A DNA stretch of 64,000 nt from Candidatus Villigracilis affinis (GCA_016718275.1 JADKEA010000003.1:15651-79650); one strand, 5' to 3'. Counted from the first letter of the stretch, positions 1 to 10,987 are shown. Numbers and translations: made by a program. The notes: generated by a model not told the origin, from the sequence alone.

Positions 1-1764
1 CCGCCGCCCGAGCCTGTGTCAGCCCAAACGCGGTTGCCGAGGCTGTAGGATGTAATAAAGCCGAAGTCTACGGTACGGTTGGAGTGATCGTCTGTTGCTT
101 CGCCAACCTCGGGATTGATGGCTGGATTGGTTTCACCAGTGGGCTCGCTGTTTCCAGGTCCGAGTGTGACCGGGTTGCTGCGAACATTTGCGCCGACGAT
201 GACCACGCCATTGTCATCATCATCGTCCACATCGGTGTCGGGGTCACCGGCGTCGACCGTGCTGGTGGTTCCCGTTGGGATAACAACTTCAACGATGTAA
301 GTATCAGCCCGCAGGTTATCGAAGCGATAGAATCCGCCACCCGCTGTGTTCATGGTTGCGATCACGGCACCATCGGGTGTGCCGTTGTTATCTGAGTCGC
401 GATATAGGTTGACCGTTACGCCATCAATTCCAGGTTCGGTGCCGTTGCGGATGCCATCGCTAGCGGTGCCACCGCCTGTGCCATTGTCCATCCAGACGCG
501 GTTGCCGAGAGAATAGGGGATGAAGTAGAAGCCGAAGTCCACGGTGCGGTTGGATTGATTGTCAACCGCTTCGCCCGCCTCTGGGTTGACGGCCGGATTG
601 GTTTCACCGGTGGGTTCGACAGCGCCCGGTCCAAGTGTGACGGGGTTGCTGCGGACACTGCTGCCGGAGATGACCACGCCGTTGTCATCGTCGTCATCTA
701 CGTCGGCGTCGGGGTCGCCAGCGTCCACTGTGCTGCTGGTGTAACCCGTCGGGGCGATGACTTCAACGATGTAAGTATCAGCTGTCAGGTTGTCGAAGCG
801 ATAGAATCCGCCGCCTGCAGTTGTGGTTGTGGCAATGGCTGCGCCATCGGGTGTGTTGTTGTTATCTGAGTCGCGGTACAGGTTGACGGTAACACCATCG
901 ATACCAGGTTCGGTGCCATTGCGGAGACCGTCGTTGGCAGTGCCGCCGCCTACACCTGTATCTTCCCAAACGCGATTACCGAGGCTAGTAGGATGTAATA
1001 AAGCCGAAGTCCACGGTACGATTGGATCGGTTATCTGCGGCTTCGCCTGCTTCGGGATTTGTGGCTGGGTTATTTTCGCCGGTAGGCTCTGTGTTTCCGG
1101 GTCCAAGAGTGACAGGGTTGCTGCGGACATTCGCACCTACGATGACTACACCGTTATCGTCGTCATCATCGACATCAGTGTCGGGGTCGCCAGCATCCAC
1201 GGTACTGGTGGTTCCAGCCGGGGTAACAACTTCAACGATGTAGGTATCAGCCCGCAGGTTGTCGAAACGATAGAATCCGCCACCCGCTGTGTTCATGGTT
1301 GCGATGGCTGCACCATCGGGTGTGCCGTTGTTATCTGAGTCACGGTATAGATTAACTGTTACGCCATCAATTCCAGGTTCGGTGCCGTTGCGCACGCCAT
1401 CGTTGGCGGTGCCGCCGCCTGTGCCGTCGTCCATCCAGACTCGGTTGCCAAGACTATAGGCAGTGACGAAGCCGAAGTCGACAGTGCGGTTGGATTGATT
1501 ATCATTTGCTTCGCCAGCTTCTGGATTAGTGGCCGGGTTATTTTCGCCGGTGGGTTCAGCTGTCCCCGGTCCAAGCGTGACGGGGTTGCTGCGAATATTT
1601 GCTCCGGAGATCACCACGCCGTTATCATCGTCATCACCTGCGTCGGTATCCGGGTCGCCCGCATCCACAGTGCTGGTGTAACCTGCGGGTGGAACAACTT
1701 CAACGATGTAGGTGTCGGCACGCAGGCCATCGAAGCGATAGAAACCGCCGCCTGCTGTATTCAT
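1..1764 (-). pseudogene. Out-of-frame continuation of the same surface-protein gene. Two frame breaks are present, and the 3' end runs off the window.
   Basis: ORF 985..1764 and an unlisted open frame 1..~987 keep encoding the same repeat unit. At ~1818 the unit sequence ggtcaa(t/c)ctttaccg has lost one base. At ~988 tacagcctc has become tacTagcctc, which creates a TAG. Confidence 0.7.
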
Positions 1765-2866
1765 GGTTGCGATTGCCGCACCATCGGGTGTGCCGTTGTC
1801 GTCTGAGTCACGGTAAAGTTGACCGTGACGCCGTCAATGCCGGGTTCGGTACCGTTGCGGAGGCCGTCACTGGCTGTGCCGCCGCCTGCGCCGTTGTCAT
1901 CCCAAACGCGATTGCCGAGACTGTAGGAAGTGATAAAGCCGAAGTCCACGGTGCGGTTGGAGCGATTGTCCACTGCCTCGCCGGGTTCTGGATTGGTGGC
2001 TGGATTGGTTTCACCGGTGGGTTCGCTGTTTCCGGGTCCGAGTGTGACGGGGTTACTGCGAATATTGGCACCAGAGATCACTACGCCGTTATCATCGTCA
2101 TCATCCACGTCGGCGTCAGGGTCGCCAGCGTCGATTGTGCTAGTGTAACCTGCAGGGGGAACGACTTCGACGATATAGGTATCGGCACGCAGGCCATCGA
2201 AGCGATAGAAACCACCGCCCGCTGTATTCATGGTTGCGATTGCCGCGCCATCGGGTGTGCCGTTGTCATCTGAGTCACGATAGAGATTGACGGTGACACC
2301 GTCAAGGCCGGGTTCGGTGCCGTTGCGGAGGCCGTCACTGGCTGTGCCGCCGCCTGCACCATTGTCGTCCCAGACGCGGTTGCCAAGACTGTAGGAAGTA
2401 ACGAAGCCAAAGTCTACGGTGCGGTTGGACTGATTGTCCACGGCTTCGCCTGCTTCGGGGTTGGTGGCAGGGTTGGTTTCGCCCGTGGGTTCGTTGGCAG
2501 TCGGTCCAAGTGTGACCGGGTTGCTGCGGACGTTGACACCGGAGATGACCACGCCATTGTCGTCATCGTCATCCACATCGGCGTCGGCGTCACCCGCATC
2601 CACGGAGCTGCTGGAGAATCCTGCCGGGGTGACCACTTCAACGATGTAGGTATCAGCTTTCAGGTTGTCGAAGCGATAGAATCCGCCACCTGCTGTGTTC
2701 ATGGTCGCAATCGCTGCGCCATCGGGTGTGCCGTTGTCGTCTGAGTCACGGTAAAGATTGACCGTTACGCCGTCAATGCCGGGTTCGGTGCCATTGCGAA
2801 CACCGTCGTCGGCTGTACCGCCGCCCGCGCCGTTATCTTCCCAAACACGGTTACCGAGGCTGAAGC
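1..2866 (-). repeat. Tandem coding repeat array, period ~468 bp (~156 aa), 7 copies; the last is cut by the window edge. Each copy encodes one SdrD-B/Cna-B-like unit.
   Basis: The motif SLGNRVW..GGGTA.DG.RNGTEPGIDGVTVNLYRDSD.NGTPDGAAIATMNTAGGGFYRFD.L.ADTYIVEVV.P.G..ST.DAGDPD.DVDDDDDNGVVISG.N.RSNPVTLGP...EPTGE.NPA.NPE.GEA.DN.SNRTVDFGF recurs. On the plus strand the reverse complement of SLGNRVW is seen near 30, 495, 970, 1440, 1905, 2375 and 2845. Confidence 0.9.
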
Positions 2867-5858
2867 CAGTGACAATGAGTGTATCTTCGGCTGGCTCTGT
2901 GTTGGTATAACCCTGTGTGTTTGTAAGTGTGTTTATTGGAATTGTATTGGTGTAACTGCCCGGAACATCGCTGGTGACAGGCACCACGAGCGTACAAGAC
3001 GAATTGGGTCCGAGGGTTCCGCCGATCAATTCAATAAGTTGCGTTCCCGCCATGGCGGTCAATGAACCGGTGCTACAGTTATTGATTGCCGCAGGTGCGG
3101 CGGCAATGTTCAGCCCAACTGGCAAGTTATCGACCAAGCCTACCTGAGTCAGGGTGAGGCCGGTGGTGTTGTTGATGGTGATCGTGAGTGTTGAGACACC
3201 GCCCGAACCTGCAATGATGACGCCGGGTGAAAATGCCTTGCCTACACTGGCACCTGCAAGATTAGACAGTGAAGCCTCTACTGGCATGGCATTGGTGGCG
3301 CCTTGCAGGGTGGTTACTGAGCCTGCGGGAATACGATTGGTGATATTTCCATTGACCGTCAATGTTGCACGTAAGGTCAATGTGCATGTCGCTCCGGCAG
3401 CGAGGGAGCCGCCGCTGAATGAGAAGGATGTGTCACCTGGGTTGCCAGTGAGAGTCCCTCCGCAGGTGCCCACATTGAGGCTGACCGGATTGGCGAGGAC
3501 CATGCCTGAACCCAGAAGGGTCATGTCATCGGTGAAGGCGATACCCGTCAGAGCGACGGTTGCGCTTGGGTTGTCGAGAATCACCCTTAATTCAGAAGAT
3601 GCACCACCGTAAACAAGATTTGGGTCAAATTCCTTATTGATAACCAGGCTCAAGGCTGTGGTTTGAAGCGTAGCAGTCGCATTGATCGGAGCAAAGATCG
3701 TGGTTCCACTTCCCTGCACCTGTCCGCTGATATTGGTATTGGTGATCGTATTGGTTCGCGTTCCGGTGTTGGATTGCGCACGGACATTAACTTCGATGGT
3801 GCAGATGCCCGGGACGCCTCCATTCTGCGGTGGAACTGTACCTCCAGTAAGAGAGACAGTCGATGCCCCGGCTACGGGCGCGAATGTGCCTCCGCAATCG
3901 GTAAATCCATTCGGCGTGGGTGCAACACGCACAGCGTTGCCGCCGCTGCCCATGCTGGCGAGGTCATCAAGCACGGACAGGCCGGTAATGGGAAGTGCAT
4001 TGGTGTTTTGAATCGTTATTCTCAGCCTGGTGATTCCACTGGGGACGACCAGGTTGGGGCTGAAAAGCTTGGATACTGAAAGGTCGCTGGGCTGGGTTAC
4101 GTTCAGAACGGCAGTGATGTCTGCGGCTGGGTCACGGTTTTCCGTGTTTGAAATGTTCGCCGGGGTGATTCTATTTGTGACTGCTCCGGCGGTGTTGCTC
4201 GTCACATAGACTTCGATGCGGCACAATTGTCCGGCGTTGATCGTGCCGCCGGCCCAGGTGATGATATTTGTGCCAGTAGTGGCGGTAAGCGTTCCACCAA
4301 TACAATTAGCCGTCTTTGAGGCAGGGGTCGAATTGGTGATGGTCAAACCGATCAACGAGAGGTCGTCTGTGACCGAGAAATTGGTCAGATTTGTATCGAG
4401 GGGGGCGGTCAGGTCAATACGTAGACGCGTGTTTTGCCCCGGGTCGATGGTGGCGGGCGAAAATGATTTGGCACCGATCAAGCCCACGCCCACGGCGTAG
4501 GCTGAAATGGTTGCCGTAGAATTTGGAAAATTTGTAAGGGTTGGGTGGTCGGGTGAAGCCAATGTACCCGAGGCGATCGTATTGGTAACATTGCTGGCGG
4601 CAGCTGTAGCAGTCACTTGAACTGTGATCAGACATTCACCCGGTGCTCCAACACTTCCACCGGGAACCGTCAGGCCGGAAATGCTGATATTTGAACTGCC
4701 TGCAGCCGCAGTAACGCTTCCTACGCAGGAGTTTGTTACGCCGGGTGTAGGGGCTACCACAAAGGGAGCGGGCAGGGCATCAAGCGCCGCGCCATTGTTC
4801 GTTACATTGGTATACGCTGATGCAGTTGGGTTTTGGATTCGGATGGTCAGTGTCGTCGTTCCGCCGACCTGGAAGCTGGTGGGGGAAAATGATTTGGTAA
4901 TCCTGATAGGTTGAATGTTCAATTGAGCAGTAGCTGCGGCGGGATTTGTCACACCCTGATCGCTTTGAATTGCGGGGGCTCCCGGACCAGCAGGGATCAC
5001 ATTTGAATACTGGTCCGCTAAGCCGGTGACATCCACTGCCACCACACAGTTGACGCTCGGTGTGACCGTGGCATTTGTGAGCGCGATCTGGGTTCCGCCC
5101 GGGTTGGCTGTCAGCGAGTAACCGCCGCAACCCGTTATGGTTGCATTGACCGGGGTTGCGAGGATAAGCTGATTTCCAAAACGTGTACCCACAGGCAGGT
5201 TATCCGTGTAGGAAACTCCGCTCAGGTTTGTCGTAGTATCGTTATTGTTGAGAGTGATGGTCAACCGGCTGGTTTGGCCCACGAAAATATTTGTCGAAGA
5301 GTATGATTTGGTCAGTGTGGGGGGCGTAACTGTGGAGACAACCAGCGTGGCGCTTGCCGGGGTTGTATTGGTAATATCAACGATGGTTCCGCCATCATTG
5401 CCTTTGGCATTCAAACCGTTTACCAAACCCGTGCCGATGGTGTTGATCAAGTTCCCGGGTGTGATGGAGCTTACAGCAACCTCCACGTAACACTGGCCCG
5501 GCGTCGGTCCTGACTGGGCTGGAACCGTCCCGCCACTCAAGGAAAAGGTTGTCTGGCCTGGCACTGCGGTCACTGCCCCGCCGCAGGTGTTGGATACCAG
5601 ACCGGGAGACACGAGATACATCCCAGGCTGGACGCCAACAAGGTTATCCGTCCAACCGGCATTTGTTAATTGGAACGAATTTGGGTTGTAGATATACACC
5701 CTTAGGATGGATGTTTCACCCGGGTCGATCTGGATCGGAGTAAATTCCTTGTTGATCTCTGCTGGGAATGACAGGGCCAGAACAGGAGAGGCCGATGACA
5801 TTATTAGTGAAATTGACAGGATTAATGACGAGAAAAACAGCTTAACTGATTTGACCAT
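1761..5858 (-). CDS. Large secreted cell-surface or adhesin-like protein. It has an N-terminal signal peptide, about seven DUF11-like repeat domains, then SdrD B-like (Cna-B fold) repeats.
   Basis: 1365-aa ORF. The N-terminus MVKSVKLFFSSLILSISLIMSSASPVLA is signal-peptide-like. Modules of the type (I/V)xK(S/E)F(S/T/D)P...G..(S/T).L.(I/V).(I/L).N recur with paired Cys. The C-terminal part enters the 468-bp repeat array. The ORF ends only because of a 1-nt frame break near 1818. Confidence 0.85.
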   Translation of the reverse strand: MVKSVKLFFSSLILSISLIMSSASPVLALSFPAEINKEFTPIQIDPGETSILRVYIYNPNSFQLTNAGWTDNLVGVQPGMYLVSPGLVSNTCGGAVTAVPGQTTFSLSGGTVPAQSGPTPGQCYVEVAVSSITPGNLINTIGTGLVNGLNAKGNDGGTIVDITNTTPASATLVVSTVTPPTLTKSYSSTNIFVGQTSRLTITLNNNDTTTNLSGVSYTDNLPVGTRFGNQLILATPVNATITGCGGYSLTANPGGTQIALTNATVTPSVNCVVAVDVTGLADQYSNVIPAGPGAPAIQSDQGVTNPAAATAQLNIQPIRITKSFSPTSFQVGGTTTLTIRIQNPTASAYTNVTNNGAALDALPAPFVVAPTPGVTNSCVGSVTAAAGSSNISISGLTVPGGSVGAPGECLITVQVTATAAASNVTNTIASGTLASPDHPTLTNFPNSTATISAYAVGVGLIGAKSFSPATIDPGQNTRLRIDLTAPLDTNLTNFSVTDDLSLIGLTITNSTPASKTANCIGGTLTATTGTNIITWAGGTINAGQLCRIEVYVTSNTAGAVTNRITPANISNTENRDPAADITAVLNVTQPSDLSVSKLFSPNLVVPSGITRLRITIQNTNALPITGLSVLDDLASMGSGGNAVRVAPTPNGFTDCGGTFAPVAGASTVSLTGGTVPPQNGGVPGICTIEVNVRAQSNTGTRTNTITNTNISGQVQGSGTTIFAPINATATLQTTALSLVINKEFDPNLVYGGASSELRVILDNPSATVALTGIAFTDDMTLLGSGMVLANPVSLNVGTCGGTLTGNPGDTSFSFSGGSLAAGATCTLTLRATLTVNGNITNRIPAGSVTTLQGATNAMPVEASLSNLAGASVGKAFSPGVIIAGSGGVSTLTITINNTTGLTLTQVGLVDNLPVGLNIAAAPAAINNCSTGSLTAMAGTQLIELIGGTLGPNSSCTLVVPVTSDVPGSYTNTIPINTLTNTQGYTNTEPAEDTLIVTGFSLGNRVWEDNGAGGGTADDGVRNGTEPGIDGVTVNLYRDSDDNGTPDGAAIATMNTAGGGFYRFDNLKADTYIVEVVTPAGFSSSSVDAGDADADVDDDDDNGVVISGVNVRSNPVTLGPTANEPTGETNPATNPEAGEAVDNQSNRTVDFGFVTSYSLGNRVWDDNGAGGGTASDGLRNGTEPGLDGVTVNLYRDSDDNGTPDGAAIATMNTAGGGFYRFDGLRADTYIVEVVPPAGYTSTIDAGDPDADVDDDDDNGVVISGANIRSNPVTLGPGNSEPTGETNPATNPEPGEAVDNRSNRTVDFGFITSYSLGNRVWDDNGAGGGTASDGLRNGTEPGIDGVTVNFTVTQTTTAHPMVRQSQP

Positions 5859-6111
5859 TTGATTATCCTCTTACAAAAAATAACTACGGGAAACAGACTT
5901 TCAAAAAAGTAATTAAATATATAAAAGCATGGGCGCAAGTCTTTTATCTCAGCATCCATCCTTAAGTACTATTAATTTCCCTATCATTTTACAACTATGT
6001 TAACTTCCGTGCAATATTATTGCCCTTCAATATTGAAAGAAATTATCGTGCGTATTTGTACAAACTTTGTTGGTTTTTGCCTTTCAACGCCCGCGTGATA
6101 AAATAAAAACG

Positions 6112-7665
6112 ATGTCCATTATTCCGTCCATGCTTCCTGATTTTCGCGTTCGTCAACGGGATTATTTGCTTGAGATTTCGCGCCTGCTTACTGAGGAACT
6201 TGACCTTGAAAAGCTGCTTGCGCGCATTTTACGGGTCTCGATTGAAATGCTGGCCGGGCAGGCGGGACTTATCGCACTCAAACAACCCGACGGCTGGCGC
6301 GTCAGCGCGGCACATGGCATCGCCCCGGCATTTCTCTCCTACTTAACCCCGCTTCTTGCCGAGGAAAAGGTCCGCGAGTTGGACGTGCGTGAACTCAACC
6401 GCATGTTGAAGGAATTGACCTACACCGCCAGTATGGGGCTGCTCAACGGCACAGGCCTGCCCCTCGCCGCGCACGGACAAGTCATCGGCGTGATCTTTAT
6501 CTTCCGTAATTACGCGGATCTTTTCACACCCAATGATAGAACCCTGCTGCAATCCTTCGCAGATCAGGCCGCGATCGCTGTGTTCAATGCCCAGCTTTAT
6601 GGGCAGGTTTCCTATGAAAAGCAAAGACTGGCCGCATTGCTCGAATCTGCCGCGGATGGCATTTTGATTCTGGATGCCAACCTCGATATCGAAAGATGCA
6701 ACGGCGCATTCGAAAAACTCTTTGGGCAAACCCGTGAAGAGATCACAGGCAAGAACCATTCCAGTATTATTAAATGGAAGAAAGAACCACAGGGCAGAAC
6801 GCTCGAGGAATCCGTTGCCGGGAATTGGCCATTGACTCCAAATGCCACTTTATATGTAGAAGGCGACCTCGCAAGACCTGCGCCTCCGCCGCTTCCGGTG
6901 GGGATCACATACGCACCATTGCTTTCTGAAGAAGGCAAGCTTCGCAATGTCATTCTCAGCGTGCGTGATATTTCGCATTTCCGCACGGCCGATGAAATTA
7001 AAGCCACGTTCATTTCCATCGTCAGCCATGAGTTGCGGACGCCTGTCGCATTGATCAAAGGCTACGCGTCCACACTGCGGCGTGATGACGCGAAATGGGA
7101 CAAGCACACCATCAGCGATTCGCTGGCAGTCATCGAAGAAGAGGCGGACCGTTTATCGAAGATGATCGATGACCTGCTGGATGCTTCGCGGTTGCAGGCG
7201 GGTGGTCTCAGCTTGAATCATGCCGATGTCGCCATACCCAGCCTTGCGTTAAGGGTGAGCGAGCGGTTTGCATCACAATCTCCAAAACACCGAATTATTA
7301 CGGATTTCCCCGCGAATTTCCCAGTCATCCTCGGCGATGAAAATCGGTTGGAGCAAGTGGTTTCGAATCTAGTTTCCAATTCTTTGAAATATGCACCGAA
7401 TGGTGAGATCAAGATCAGCGGTTCTGTGCGGCCCGAGCAGGTTATCATTTGTGTGAGCGATGAAGGGCCGGGGATAGAAGCCAAAGACCTGCCGCATATC
7501 TTCGATCGTTTTTATCGCTCAACCAATGCCGTAAAGCAGACAAAGGGTGCGGGGCTGGGGCTTTATCTCACACGCGCCATCGTAGAAGCGCACGGCGGGC
7601 GCATTTGGGCTGACGCTTCGACGGGCGCATCTGGTGCAAGAATTTGTTTTTCCCTCCCACGGTAG
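6112..7665 (+). CDS. Sensor histidine kinase (GAF + PAS + HisKA + HATPase_c).
   Basis: H-box FISIVSHELRTPV, N-box NLVSNSLKYAP, and G-boxes DEGPGI and GAGLGLYL. ATG 6112 is preferred to the TTG at 6067. Confidence 0.9.
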   Translation: MSIIPSMLPDFRVRQRDYLLEISRLLTEELDLEKLLARILRVSIEMLAGQAGLIALKQPDGWRVSAAHGIAPAFLSYLTPLLAEEKVRELDVRELNRMLKELTYTASMGLLNGTGLPLAAHGQVIGVIFIFRNYADLFTPNDRTLLQSFADQAAIAVFNAQLYGQVSYEKQRLAALLESAADGILILDANLDIERCNGAFEKLFGQTREEITGKNHSSIIKWKKEPQGRTLEESVAGNWPLTPNATLYVEGDLARPAPPPLPVGITYAPLLSEEGKLRNVILSVRDISHFRTADEIKATFISIVSHELRTPVALIKGYASTLRRDDAKWDKHTISDSLAVIEEEADRLSKMIDDLLDASRLQAGGLSLNHADVAIPSLALRVSERFASQSPKHRIITDFPANFPVILGDENRLEQVVSNLVSNSLKYAPNGEIKISGSVRPEQVIICVSDEGPGIEAKDLPHIFDRFYRSTNAVKQTKGAGLGLYLTRAIVEAHGGRIWADASTGASGARICFSLPR

Positions 7666-7728
7666 GTGGCGGTGTCCCTACGACCTAATGGTAAAATCAA
7701 AAATATAATCATATTAAAAGGATAACCT

Positions 7729-9534
7729 ATGGCCTCCATTCCTCCTCGCAGCAAAATTGACAAAAAGTATAAGTGGAATTCCGAAAGCGTTTTTCCCAAC
7801 GATAAAGCCTGGGAAAAGGAAGTTGAAAAGATCATCGCTGATATTCCAAGTGTGAAAAAATATCAGGGAACTCTGGGTGAAAGCGCGGCGGTTCTTCTAA
7901 AAGGTTTCAAGGCTTTTGAAGACCTTGTAGTGCGTGCGCAGAAAGCCTTCATGTATGCCAGCTTTGCCTATTCGGTTGACACCACCGATCAAAAAGCCGC
8001 GGGCATGCGCGCCAAGGCTGGCGGCATGTACGGGCAGGTGGCCTCTGTGGTTTCATTCCTTCAGCCTGAATTGCTTGAGATCGGAAAAGCCAAACTCGAT
8101 AAATTCATTCAACAGGAAGCGAAGCTCGGCGCTTATAAGTTTTATATTGAGAATCTCTTCCGCAAGCAGGCGCACGTCCGTTCGGCGGAAGTGGAGGAAG
8201 TGCTTGGCATGGTGAGCGAGCCGCTCGGCGGTTTTTATAACTCCACCAGCATGTTGACCAATGCCGACTTCAAATTCAAGTCTATTAAAGACAGCAAGGG
8301 CAATACGCTGGATGTGGTGCAGGGAAATTACGACACACAGTTGATGGGCCTCGCTGACCGCAAGGCACGTAAAGCCGCTTACACCAATTACATGGATAAA
8401 TATGTGGAGCACAAGAATACACTGGCGAGCAATCTGGCTCATAACATTCAAGCCAACGTGTTCAATATGCGCGTGCGCAAGCATGAGACCACGCTGGATG
8501 CATCGCTGTTCGACCTCAATATCAGCACCGATGTGTTCTACAACCTGATCAATACCTTCAAAAAGAACATTCCCGTCTGGCATCGCTATTTCAATATTCG
8601 CCGCAAGGCGCTTGGCTTGAAGAAATTTGCCTACTACGATATCTGGGCTCCCATCGAAAAGAAGAAAGTGAAAATTCCATACGACAAAGCCGTGGATTTG
8701 ATCTGCGAAGGCCTCGCTCCGCTTGGCAAGGAGTATGTGAGTATTGTCCGCCGTGCCTGCACCACCGAACGTTGGGTGGATGTGTATCCGAATCAAGGCA
8801 AGGGGCATGGTGCATTTTCTTCAGGCGCATATGGAACGCATCCGTTTATCATGATGAGCTACACCGATGAAATGGTGAGCATGAGCACGCTTGCACATGA
8901 ACTCGGTCACTCGATGCACACCTACTTCACGAACAAGACCCAGCCTTTCATCAACACCGATTATTCGCTCTTCGTCGCTGAGGTTGCTTCCAATTTCAAT
9001 CAAGCCCTGTTGCGTGGACATTTGCTCAACACTGTGAAGGATAAGAATTTCCAGATCGCATTGATCCTCGAAGCGGTGGGCAGTAACATGTTCCGCTACT
9101 TTTTCCAGATGCCAACCCTTGCCCGTTTTGAGTTGGAGACTCACCAGCGCGCCGAACGCGGCGAACCGTTGACCGCCGATTCTATGATCGACCTGATGGC
9201 TGATCTGTTTGCCGAGGGATTTGGTCCGCACTTTGACATGGACCGCGAACGCGTCGGTATGACTTGGAGCACGTTCCCGCATCTCTTCGCGGATTATTAC
9301 GTCTATGCCTATGCCACGGGCATTTCTGGCGCACATGCGCTCGCTGGACGCATTTTGCGCGGCGAACCGAATGCCGTGGAAAATTATCTTGGCTTCCTCA
9401 AATCTGGTAATTCTGACTATTCCCTCAACGTTCTTAAGAAGGGCGGTGTTGACCTGACCACTCCCAAACCCGTCGAAGAAACCTTTGCCGTGATGGAAGG
9501 TTATATCGACCGCCTGGAAGAATTGTTGGGATAA
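7729..9534 (+). CDS. pepF: Oligoendopeptidase F (M3B family).
   Basis: 601 aa with the zinc motif HELGHSMH. Length and overall sequence are typical of PepF. Confidence 0.9.
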   Translation: MASIPPRSKIDKKYKWNSESVFPNDKAWEKEVEKIIADIPSVKKYQGTLGESAAVLLKGFKAFEDLVVRAQKAFMYASFAYSVDTTDQKAAGMRAKAGGMYGQVASVVSFLQPELLEIGKAKLDKFIQQEAKLGAYKFYIENLFRKQAHVRSAEVEEVLGMVSEPLGGFYNSTSMLTNADFKFKSIKDSKGNTLDVVQGNYDTQLMGLADRKARKAAYTNYMDKYVEHKNTLASNLAHNIQANVFNMRVRKHETTLDASLFDLNISTDVFYNLINTFKKNIPVWHRYFNIRRKALGLKKFAYYDIWAPIEKKKVKIPYDKAVDLICEGLAPLGKEYVSIVRRACTTERWVDVYPNQGKGHGAFSSGAYGTHPFIMMSYTDEMVSMSTLAHELGHSMHTYFTNKTQPFINTDYSLFVAEVASNFNQALLRGHLLNTVKDKNFQIALILEAVGSNMFRYFFQMPTLARFELETHQRAERGEPLTADSMIDLMADLFAEGFGPHFDMDRERVGMTWSTFPHLFADYYVYAYATGISGAHALAGRILRGEPNAVENYLGFLKSGNSDYSLNVLKKGGVDLTTPKPVEETFAVMEGYIDRLEELLG

Positions 9535-9542
9535 TAAAAAGC

Positions 9543-9578
9543 AGGTGACAGTCACTTCTAAAGTGACTGTCACCTTTA
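9543..9578 (+). terminator. Hairpin terminator after pepF.
   Basis: Perfect 15-bp stem aggtgacagtcactt / aagtgactgtcacct with a 3-nt loop, followed by a weak T tract (ttaat). Confidence 0.6.
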
Positions 9579-9603
9579 ATCCAAATCGTAAATCGGAAAT
9601 CTG

Positions 9604-10962
9604 ATGCCCCAAACCACCATTTCATGTCCCCGTTGTAAACAAATGATTCCCGCGAACGTCGAGCAGTTGTTCGATGTGACGCACGAACCCGCCTCCAAGC
9701 AGCGCCTGTTGAGCGGACAGTCCAACCATGCCCGCTGTCAGTATTGTGGTTATGAAGGCCGCCTTGCAACACCCGTCGTATATCACGATAACGAAAAAGA
9801 ACTGCTGCTGACCTTCTTCCCGTTTGAATTGGGTTTACCCGTCAACGAGCAGGAAAAAATGATCGGACCCTTGATCAAGCAGGTGATGGATCGTCTTCCG
9901 CCTGAAAAACGAAAAGGCTATTTACTTAGTCCGCAGGCCAACCTGACCTATGAATCGATGATCGAGACCATTCTCAACAAGGATGGAATTTCATCTGAGA
10001 TGATCAAGACTCAGCAGGACCGCGTCATGCTGATCGAGAAGCTGATCCGCATGACCTCGGCAGATGCGCGCCTTGAGTTGATCAAGCAAAACGAAGCCGC
10101 CATCGATGAACAATTCTTCTCCCTGTTCAGCCGCATCGCGCAGAACGCCATGCAAAGCGGACAGGAATCCATTGCGCGGGCATTGATCGACCTGCAAAAA
10201 CAATTGCTGGACGAAACCGCGTTTGGCCGTCAGCTGAAGGAATCTGTCGCGGAGCTTGAAGCCGCTCAAAAGGTCCTGCAGGATGCGGGGCAAAGCCTTA
10301 CCCGCGAAACCCTGCTTGATTTCGTCCTCGAATCGCAGACTGATTCCCGTATCCGCGCTTATGTTTCGCTTGCGCGCGGCGGCATGGATTATGTCTTCTT
10401 CCAAAATCTTTCGGACAAAATCGAAAAGGCCTCTGGCGATGAAAAGGTACGGCTGGAAGGCATCCGCGAAAAACTGCTGGGATTTGTCGGCGATGTGGAT
10501 AAGCAGATTGAAGCGCGCTTCAAACAGGCGCAGGACTTTGTTGAGTCGCTGCTGGCACAGGATGACATTGAAAAGGTCACACAAGAAAATATCGATAACT
10601 TCACCCAGGATTCTGTGGAAGTAGTCAATCAATTGCTGCGACAAGCTTCCGAGAAAAATGATTATGCCCGCATGGGTAAACTACAAAAAATGGTGCAGGT
10701 CTTGCAGGCTGCCAGTGCACCCCCGCCAGAGATCGCATTCATTGAGCAATTGCTCCAGGCTCCTGATGAAGCCGCTGTGGATGCGATGCTTGCGCAGAAC
10801 GATGCCATGGTCAACCAGCAATTTGTGGATGCATTGAGCGGCCTTGTTGCCCAGATGGATTCGCAAGGCGCGGAAAACCTCGAAGCCAAGGCAATGAGCG
10901 AAAAACTCACCGAGATTTACAGAGTTGCGTTGAAGCGAGTGATGAAAAAGAATATGGGATAG
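9604..10962 (+). CDS. CpXC-type zinc-ribbon domain protein with a long helical C-terminal region; function unknown.
   Basis: The N-terminus carries CPRC...CQYC Cys pairs. It is a 452-aa ORF with no competing frame. Confidence 0.7.
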   Translation: MPQTTISCPRCKQMIPANVEQLFDVTHEPASKQRLLSGQSNHARCQYCGYEGRLATPVVYHDNEKELLLTFFPFELGLPVNEQEKMIGPLIKQVMDRLPPEKRKGYLLSPQANLTYESMIETILNKDGISSEMIKTQQDRVMLIEKLIRMTSADARLELIKQNEAAIDEQFFSLFSRIAQNAMQSGQESIARALIDLQKQLLDETAFGRQLKESVAELEAAQKVLQDAGQSLTRETLLDFVLESQTDSRIRAYVSLARGGMDYVFFQNLSDKIEKASGDEKVRLEGIREKLLGFVGDVDKQIEARFKQAQDFVESLLAQDDIEKVTQENIDNFTQDSVEVVNQLLRQASEKNDYARMGKLQKMVQVLQAASAPPPEIAFIEQLLQAPDEAAVDAMLAQNDAMVNQQFVDALSGLVAQMDSQGAENLEAKAMSEKLTEIYRVALKRVMKKNMG

Positions 10963-10987
10963 GGAAGGGGAGTAAGAGGAAAGAAGT

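Noticed and set aside
68-2649. Many 60-260-aa ORFs on both strands inside the 468-bp repeat array (for example 84..395+, 555..869+, 823..1338+, 1599..2273+, 2414..2641-).
   Set aside because: They are shadow or alternate-frame ORFs of the GC-rich repeat coding region. Only the frame encoding the SLGNRVW...TVDFGF unit shows protein-family features.
1-2866. Regularly spaced repeats that might suggest a CRISPR array.
   Set aside because: The period is ~468 bp with no short repeat/spacer alternation. The repeats are protein-coding domain units.
8053-9612. Long antisense ORFs opposite pepF (8053..8808-, 8821..9612-).
   Set aside because: They are fully nested antisense to a well-supported M3 peptidase gene and have no recognisable motifs.
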